Assembly: GCA_050944155.1 (NCBI GenBank)
Contig: JBMNQN010000003.1
Coordinates: 47,250-111,249, forward strand
DNA from: Candidatus Methanomethylophilaceae archaeon
Lineage (GTDB): Archaea > Thermoplasmatota > Thermoplasmata > Methanomassiliicoccales > Methanomethylophilaceae
Direction: 5' to 3'
Length of the DNA: 64,000 nucleotides
The position numbers were made by a program, and so were the translations under genes. The notes beneath the pieces are model-generated. The model saw nothing but the letters and a program-made list of their open reading frames with translations. It was not told the DNA's origin and did not search any database. Numbering within the stretch: the stretch's first letter is position 1; the number at the start of each line of letters is the position of its first letter. Of the stretch, positions 58,453 through 64,000 are shown piece by piece.

Positions 58453-59726
58453 GTTCAGGAAGAAATTTTTTCCAGACTATGGCGGAATACAACGACCCGG
58501 GAATAAAATCCGGACTGTGTTCCATATGCAAAGGATCCAGAAGGCTCTGCGGCAAAGACCGCTGCCCGCTCATGATAAAATTCTATTCCCAGCAGAGAAC
58601 CATGCCCATGATCGACGCAAGGGAACTGGCGGGGAGCAGTCCTCCGTCCGTGTTCGTCGGACGTTACGGTTATCCCAAAGTCGACGTGGGACCGCTTCTC
58701 CCTCCCGAATTCGGAGACACCTCCATCATGGACACGCCGGAGAGGTGGGTGGGAAAGACCATCGACGAAATAGTGGATTTCAGATTCCGTCTTGTACGCG
58801 GTAAGATAAGAATCAACGCGTACGATTTCAAAGAATCCGGACGCGTGGTCGACGACATACAGGAAATCGCCCTTACCGAACGTCCCATCGACGTGGAAAC
58901 CCAATTCGCCCACCGTCCCAAAGGCAGGGTGGTTCTCGACGACGAGGTTCAGCCCTTCGGTCCCTCGGCGAGAATGACTTCCATGAAAAAGACGAACGGA
59001 AGATTCGAAAGAAATCTGGAAAAGAGTTTCTACGACACGGATATGAAGGCCGCCGATGCCGTCGTTTCCGCGTACGAAAACGGAACGCTCATTTCGGAGA
59101 TACAGAAAGCTTTCTCCACCGGAACCATGGGCGTGGGGAAGAGAAGACGTTTCGTTCCCACCAGGTGGACCATAACCGCCGTGGACGACACGATAGGAAA
59201 ACATCTTCTGGAAACCACCAAGTTTCAGAACACCATAGACGATTACCGCATCTACCAGTGGGAGCAATTGGACAACAGATGGTGCATTCTCATGATGCCC
59301 TGCACGTGGAGATACGAGCTGATCGAAGCCTGGTATCCCAACACCACGTGGAACCCCACGGGACGCACCATCGACATAATCAACGATTACGAATTCTTCG
59401 ACGGAAGGAAAGATTACGCCCATATCGGAGGGTGCTATTACGCGGCGAGGATGGCCGTAAACGAAAAACTCATCGAGGAAAGGCGCACCGCCGGAGCCGT
59501 GATATTCAGGGAAGCCCACCCGGGATACGTCATGCCCGTGGGCGTCTGGAACGTGAGGGAAAACGTCCGCGAGGCCCTGCGCACCAAACCCTACAGCTAC
59601 GATACCCTGGAAAAAGCCATGGACCACGTGGACAGGGTCATGGACATACCCAAGAAAACCTGGATAAACCACTCCGGCGTACTGAAGGACTGGTATACTC
59701 AAAGGAGGATCGAGGACTATTACTGA
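58449..59726 (+). CDS. nreA: Nre-family DNA repair protein with C-terminal PIP box
   Basis: C..CKG.R.LCG..RCP, GSSPPSVFVGR.GYPKV, VPTRW.ITAVD, GGCYYAAR, PVGVW.VRE.VR, QRRIEDYY. Confidence 0.9.
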   Translation: MSSGRNFFQTMAEYNDPGIKSGLCSICKGSRRLCGKDRCPLMIKFYSQQRTMPMIDARELAGSSPPSVFVGRYGYPKVDVGPLLPPEFGDTSIMDTPERWVGKTIDEIVDFRFRLVRGKIRINAYDFKESGRVVDDIQEIALTERPIDVETQFAHRPKGRVVLDDEVQPFGPSARMTSMKKTNGRFERNLEKSFYDTDMKAADAVVSAYENGTLISEIQKAFSTGTMGVGKRRRFVPTRWTITAVDDTIGKHLLETTKFQNTIDDYRIYQWEQLDNRWCILMMPCTWRYELIEAWYPNTTWNPTGRTIDIINDYEFFDGRKDYAHIGGCYYAARMAVNEKLIEERRTAGAVIFREAHPGYVMPVGVWNVRENVREALRTKPYSYDTLEKAMDHVDRVMDIPKKTWINHSGVLKDWYTQRRIEDYY

Positions 59727-60495
59727 CCTTTTCGGTTTCGGATCTCCGGAAGAGTGGGACGGAGTATACAAAACGGTCAGATGCGGACGCGCTCTTTCTC
59801 CTTCGGCCCTTCCGGGAATAGATTACGCCCTGAACCCCTACGGGGGATGCGAGCACGGATGCGTTTACTGTTACGCACCGGAAGTTACCCATTCGGAAAT
59901 CTCCGAATGGAGGGTAGTGAGGCCCAAAATCAACATTGCCGAGAGGCTTTCCAAAGAAATACGGAATCTGGAAGGTACCGTGGGCATAGGTACGGTGACC
60001 GATCCGTACCAATACGCGGAAAAGAGGTTCATGCTCACCAGACATTGTATCTCGGTACTGAGCGGACACAGGCTCAGATACCATATACATACGAAATCCG
60101 ATCTGATTCTGAGGGACTTGGATCTGATTTCGGAGATGAGAGGGGAAGCGGGAATAACGATTACGACTCTGGACGACAGAGTTTCCAAAATAACCGAACC
60201 AGGTGCGCCTCTCCCGGAGAAAAGATTGGAAACCCTGAGAACACTGACCGACGAAGGAATAGACGCATACGCTCTGGTCGGCCCCGTGCTGAAATTTATG
60301 GAGGGGAACGAAGAAGCATTCGTAAACGCGATAGCGGAAACGGGCGTGAAAAGGATGTGCCTCGACCGTCTGAACCTCAGACCCCTTCTTTCCGTCAGGC
60401 TGGAACGCATGAACATAACGGGTTCGGTTACGGCGCTGGAAAAAATCCGCATTCTTGCCGAAGACGCGGGAATCAGCGTCGAAGACGTTTTCTGA
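59719..60495 (+). CDS. Radical SAM protein (spore photoproduct lyase-like); start codon non-canonical or uncertain
   Basis: In frame upstream of ORF 59917: NPYGGCEHGCVYCYA; then GTVTDPYQ.AE, TKS.L..RD, EPGAP. Confidence 0.82.
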   Translation: MTDLFGFGSPEEWDGVYKTVRCGRALSPSALPGIDYALNPYGGCEHGCVYCYAPEVTHSEISEWRVVRPKINIAERLSKEIRNLEGTVGIGTVTDPYQYAEKRFMLTRHCISVLSGHRLRYHIHTKSDLILRDLDLISEMRGEAGITITTLDDRVSKITEPGAPLPEKRLETLRTLTDEGIDAYALVGPVLKFMEGNEEAFVNAIAETGVKRMCLDRLNLRPLLSVRLERMNITGSVTALEKIRILAEDAGISVEDVF

Positions 60496-60582
60496 ATCCG
60501 AGGTCCGTGCAAAGGGGCAAATTCAGATAACTTAATATAGAAGAACAAAATTATACCTATCTCAGAAACAGGAGGAAATCCG

Positions 60583-62211
60583 ATGTACGGTTCTGGAAAT
60601 CAGCCTATTATAGTCCTCAAAGAGGGCACGGAAAGAAGCAAAGACAAAGAAGCACAGTTTAACAACATAGCGGCGGCCAAAGCGGTTGCCGATGCCGTAA
60701 GGTCCACGCTCGGACCCAAAGGCATGGACAAGATGCTGGTCAACACAATCGGCGACGTCACCATCACCAACGACGGAGCCACGATTCTCAAGGAAGTCGA
60801 CGTTCAGCACCCCGCGGCCAAGATGGTCGTGGAAGTGGCGAAGACCCAGGACTCCGAATGCGGCGACGGAACCACCACTTCCGTGGTTATTGCCGGAGAA
60901 CTTCTCAAGCAGTCCGAAGAACTCATCAACGCCAACATACACCCCACCGTCATCACCAACGGATACAGACTCGCATCCGAAAAAGCCGAGGAAATTCTCG
61001 ATAAGATTGCGGTGCCCGTCAAAGACGACAAAATGCTCGAGAGAGTGGCTTCCACAGCGCTCACCGGCAAATCCGTGGGCAACGAGCAGGAAAAACTCTC
61101 CTCTCTCGTCGTACAGGCGTGCAGAGCAGTCGAAGAAGACGGCAAAGTCGACCCGGACAACATTCACATTCAGAAGAAAATCGGAGACAACATAGGTGCC
61201 AGCAGCATCATAAAGGGAATAGTCATCGACAAAGAGCGTGTCCACCCCCGCATGCCGGCCAAGGTCGAAAAAGCCAAGATTGCCCTGTTCTCCTGCGCTC
61301 TCGAAGTCAAGAAGACCGAGTTCGACGCACAGATTCAGATAACCGACCCGACCATGATGAACTCCTTCCTCGATGAAGAAGAGAACTCCCTCAGGGAAAT
61401 GGTGGAGAAGATTAAAGCCGCCGGCGCAAACGTCGTGTTCTCCCAGAAGGGAATCGACGACCTGGCTCAGCACTACCTTGCCAAAGCCGGAATATTCGCA
61501 TGCAGAAGGCTCAAGCAGAGCGACCTCGAAGCCATTGCCAAAGCCACCGGCGGAAACATCGTGGGCAACGTCAGCGAACTGAACGCCAAGGACCTGGGCA
61601 ATGCCGGAGAAGTCGAAGAGAAACTCGTGGGCGAAGACGGAATGGTCTTCATCACCGGATGCAAGAACCCCAAGGCGGTCACCATCTTCGCACGCGGCGG
61701 AACCGAGCACGTCATCGAAGAAGTCGAGAGGGCCCTCAATGACGCGATACGCGTCACCGGAGTCGCCATCGAAGACGGAAAAGTCGTTGCCGGCGGAGGA
61801 GCTCCCGAAATAGAAGTCGGAACCCAGCTTGCGTCTTATGCCGCATCCGTCGGCGGAAGGGAACAGCTCGCCATCGAGAAGTTCTCCAAAGCTCTGGAAA
61901 TCATCCCCTGGACTCTCGCCGAGAACGCGGGTATCGATCCCATCGACAGCATAATCAAGCTGAAGAACGCCCACAAAGAGCACAAGAACGGCGCCGTGTA
62001 CGGAATCGACCTCTCTTCCGGAGAGGCCGTCGACATGATGAAAGCCAACGTTCTGGAGCCCCTCAGGGTCAAGAAACAGGCCATGAGCTCCGCTTACGAA
62101 GTTGCCAACATGGTTCTCAGGATCGACGACGTCATTACGGCGCGCAGATCCCAGTCTCCCCCGGGCGGACCCGGAGCGGGACCCGGCGGAATGCCTCCGG
62201 GAATGATGTGA
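60583..62211 (+). CDS. Thermosome (group II chaperonin) subunit
   Basis: [38 protein letters not shown]-rich tail; GGAGG SD. Confidence 0.97.
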   Translation: MYGSGNQPIIVLKEGTERSKDKEAQFNNIAAAKAVADAVRSTLGPKGMDKMLVNTIGDVTITNDGATILKEVDVQHPAAKMVVEVAKTQDSECGDGTTTSVVIAGELLKQSEELINANIHPTVITNGYRLASEKAEEILDKIAVPVKDDKMLERVASTALTGKSVGNEQEKLSSLVVQACRAVEEDGKVDPDNIHIQKKIGDNIGASSIIKGIVIDKERVHPRMPAKVEKAKIALFSCALEVKKTEFDAQIQITDPTMMNSFLDEEENSLREMVEKIKAAGANVVFSQKGIDDLAQHYLAKAGIFACRRLKQSDLEAIAKATGGNIVGNVSELNAKDLGNAGEVEEKLVGEDGMVFITGCKNPKAVTIFARGGTEHVIEEVERALNDAIRVTGVAIEDGKVVAGGGAPEIEVGTQLASYAASVGGREQLAIEKFSKALEIIPWTLAENAGIDPIDSIIKLKNAHKEHKNGAVYGIDLSSGEAVDMMKANVLEPLRVKKQAMSSAYEVANMVLRIDDVITARRSQSPPGGPGAGPGGMPPGMM

Positions 62212-62225
62212 GCAAACCGTGAAAC

Positions 62226-62295
62226 GGGGGGCAAACCCCCTTCTTTCCCCTATTTCAAACATTTTTCCTTTTTCCGCTTTTTCATATGTTTTTAT
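62226..62295 (+). terminator. Terminator after thermosome gene
   Basis: GGGGG-GCAAA-CCCCC hairpin followed by several T-tracts. Confidence 0.65.
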
Positions 62296-62382
62296 TCCCG
62301 GATTTTTATCCGAAATTCTCCGTCCGACGTCTGTCTGCGGTTATTAAATAATCGTCAGACGATAGGGTTCCGATGGGATTGT

Positions 62383-63153
62383 ATGAGGGCTGCACTTTAC
62401 ACGAGAGTGTCTACGGAAGACCAAGCTAAAGAGGGATATTCCCTGGACGCTCAGATGAAGCGTCTCGAGGCTTACTGCGTCGTGAGAGGCTGGGAAATAG
62501 GCGGAAGATACAGGGACGAAGGATGTTCCGGAAGGAATACGGACAGGCCGGAGTACATGAGAATGTTCGCCGAATCCGACCAATGGGATATACTTCTGGT
62601 TCTCAAAATGGACCGTATCCACAGGAACAGCGTGAATTTCGCACTTATGATGGCCGATCTCAGGAAAAACGGCAAAGAATTCACGTCCATGCAGGAGAAA
62701 TTTGATACCACCACGGCTATGGGAAGGTTCGTCATGGACATTATGCAGAGAATCGCCCAGCTGGAAAGCGAACAGATCGGCGAAAGGGTAAAGATGGGCA
62801 TGGTCCGGAAAGCCAAGTTCGGAACCGGTCCCATGGGATCGGGGCACCCTTACGGCTACGTGTATTCCAAGGGAACTCTTGAGGTGGTGGAAGACGAGGC
62901 GTGCACGGTGCGGTCGATCTTCAGATTGTACGGGGAGGGTTCTTCCATGGAGGAGATAGCCGAATTGCTGAACGGAAAGAACGTCCCGGCCAAGAAAGGC
63001 GGCTCCTGGAACAGACAGTCCGTATGCAACATACTCCACAACCCGATCTATCTGGGATACATAGAATGGGACGGAATCGTCAGGGAAAGCGACCACGCGG
63101 CCATTATCGGCCTCGAAGAATACGAAGCGGTGAACGGGCCTTTCGATGTTTGA
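62383..63153 (+). CDS. Serine recombinase (catalytic and recombinase domains; no Zn ribbon/coiled coil)
   Basis: YTRVST..Q, SLDAQ, D.G.SG..RP, KMDRIHRN, GR, AQLE.E.I.ER, PYGY, ILHNPIY.G. Confidence 0.92.
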   Translation: MRAALYTRVSTEDQAKEGYSLDAQMKRLEAYCVVRGWEIGGRYRDEGCSGRNTDRPEYMRMFAESDQWDILLVLKMDRIHRNSVNFALMMADLRKNGKEFTSMQEKFDTTTAMGRFVMDIMQRIAQLESEQIGERVKMGMVRKAKFGTGPMGSGHPYGYVYSKGTLEVVEDEACTVRSIFRLYGEGSSMEEIAELLNGKNVPAKKGGSWNRQSVCNILHNPIYLGYIEWDGIVRESDHAAIIGLEEYEAVNGPFDV

Positions 63154-64000
63154 AGAAAGTGCCCTCAGGGCTGCCGTTTACGTAAGAGTTTCGACAGACG
63201 AACAGGCTCAGGAAGGTTTTTCCCTGGACGCGCAGAAAGAGATGCTTCTCAACTACTGCTATGCCCAGGGATGGTCCGTTTTCAAAATATACGAAGACGA
63301 CGGACATTCCGGACGGACGATAAAGCGTCCCGCTTATACGGAGATGATTTCGGAAATATCCGAATGGGACGTTATGCTTGTAGTCAAGATGGACCGTATC
63401 CACAGAAACAGCAGAAATTTCATGGAAATGATGGATATGCTGGAAACGAACGGAAAGATGTTCGTTTCCTCCACCGAAGCGCTGGATACGACCAACGCCC
63501 TGGGAAGGTTCGTCGTGGACATGATTCAGAGAATCGCCCAGCTGGAAAGCGAACAGATCGGCGAAAGAACGTACATGGGAATGCGGGAAAAAGCCGAAAA
63601 CATGGAAAACGAAAAGTCCGAAAGGAAAACCATGGGGTTCAACCCCCCCTTCGGGTACCGTCTCGACGGCGGAAGACTGGAAGCGGCCAACGACGAACTG
63701 GAAATCGTTTCCAACATTTTCTTCCAGTACTACGACGGAAGAACCATGGACGAGATATGCAGAAACCTCAACGAAGAAGAAAAATTCACCCGGAGAGGAA
63801 ACGTCTGGAACAAGTACAATCTTAGAAACATACTCCACAACCCGGTTTACGCCGGATACATGAGATGGGACGGCATTCTGATAAGACACGACGCGCATAC
63901 GGCGGTTTCTCCCGAACTGTACAACAAAGTACAGGAACTCATAGCCTCCAAAGTAAAGGATCCTTCGAAGCGGAACGTGCTGCAGGTTCCGGTTCCGGAT
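63146..64000 (+). CDS. Second serine recombinase paralog, truncated by the window end
   Basis: Translated by hand: MFEESALRAAVYVRVSTDEQAQEGFSLDAQ...KMDRIHRNS...AQLESEQIGER...PPFGY...ILHNPVYAG; 8-nt overlap with the first gene. Confidence 0.9.
   Translation, partial: MFEESALRAAVYVRVSTDEQAQEGFSLDAQKEMLLNYCYAQGWSVFKIYEDDGHSGRTIKRPAYTEMISEISEWDVMLVVKMDRIHRNSRNFMEMMDMLETNGKMFVSSTEALDTTNALGRFVVDMIQRIAQLESEQIGERTYMGMREKAENMENEKSERKTMGFNPPFGYRLDGGRLEAANDELEIVSNIFFQYYDGRTMDEICRNLNEEEKFTRRGNVWNKYNLRNILHNPVYAGYMRWDGILIRHDAHTAVSPELYNKVQELIASKVKDPSKRNVLQVPVPD

Noticed and set aside
59754-60530. 258-aa + strand ORF overlapping the radical SAM gene
   Set aside because: Alternative frame with R/G-rich, motif-less sequence; the radical SAM motifs are all in the frame of ORF 59917.

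Overview
Chromosomal segment of an archaeon, most consistent with a host-associated Methanomassiliicoccales methanogen. This is inferred from the thermosome, class V FBP aldolase/phosphatase, archaeal DnaG, Trm1, MptD, Hjc-like and Nre genes, GGTGA-type Shine-Dalgarno motifs, many bacterial-type genes, and the absence of TAG stops. About 55 genes are called: metal uptake (DtxR-FeoA/FeoB with a palindromic operator; a His-containing membrane pair behind a NikR-like operator), housekeeping (gltX, aspS, purA, nadA, hisD, fbp, tpiA, thermosome), DNA repair and nucleases (Mre11/Rad50-like YhaO/YhaN pair, AddAB-like pair, xseAB, active and dead DEDDh exonucleases, Nre plus radical SAM), a PARIS-like ATPase + DUF4435 pair, trkAH, ppk1/ppx, larBE, two cobQ paralogs, a frameshifted BspA-type LRR adhesin, a C/D box sRNA aimed at C34 of pre-tRNA-Met, and a tandem pair of short serine recombinases at the right edge. 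No tRNA, rRNA, CRISPR array or IS element was recognised. The most unusual observations are: a ubiquitin-like protein next to a PP-loop ATPase carrying a RelB-like tail; a P-type ATPase with PIAL instead of PEGL; a protease-less Lon ATPase and a YbjN-like protein with HbYX-like tails; a structured ~190 nt dnaG leader; and the candidate nickel-regulated membrane pair. All family assignments come from motif reading by eye, with no database search.
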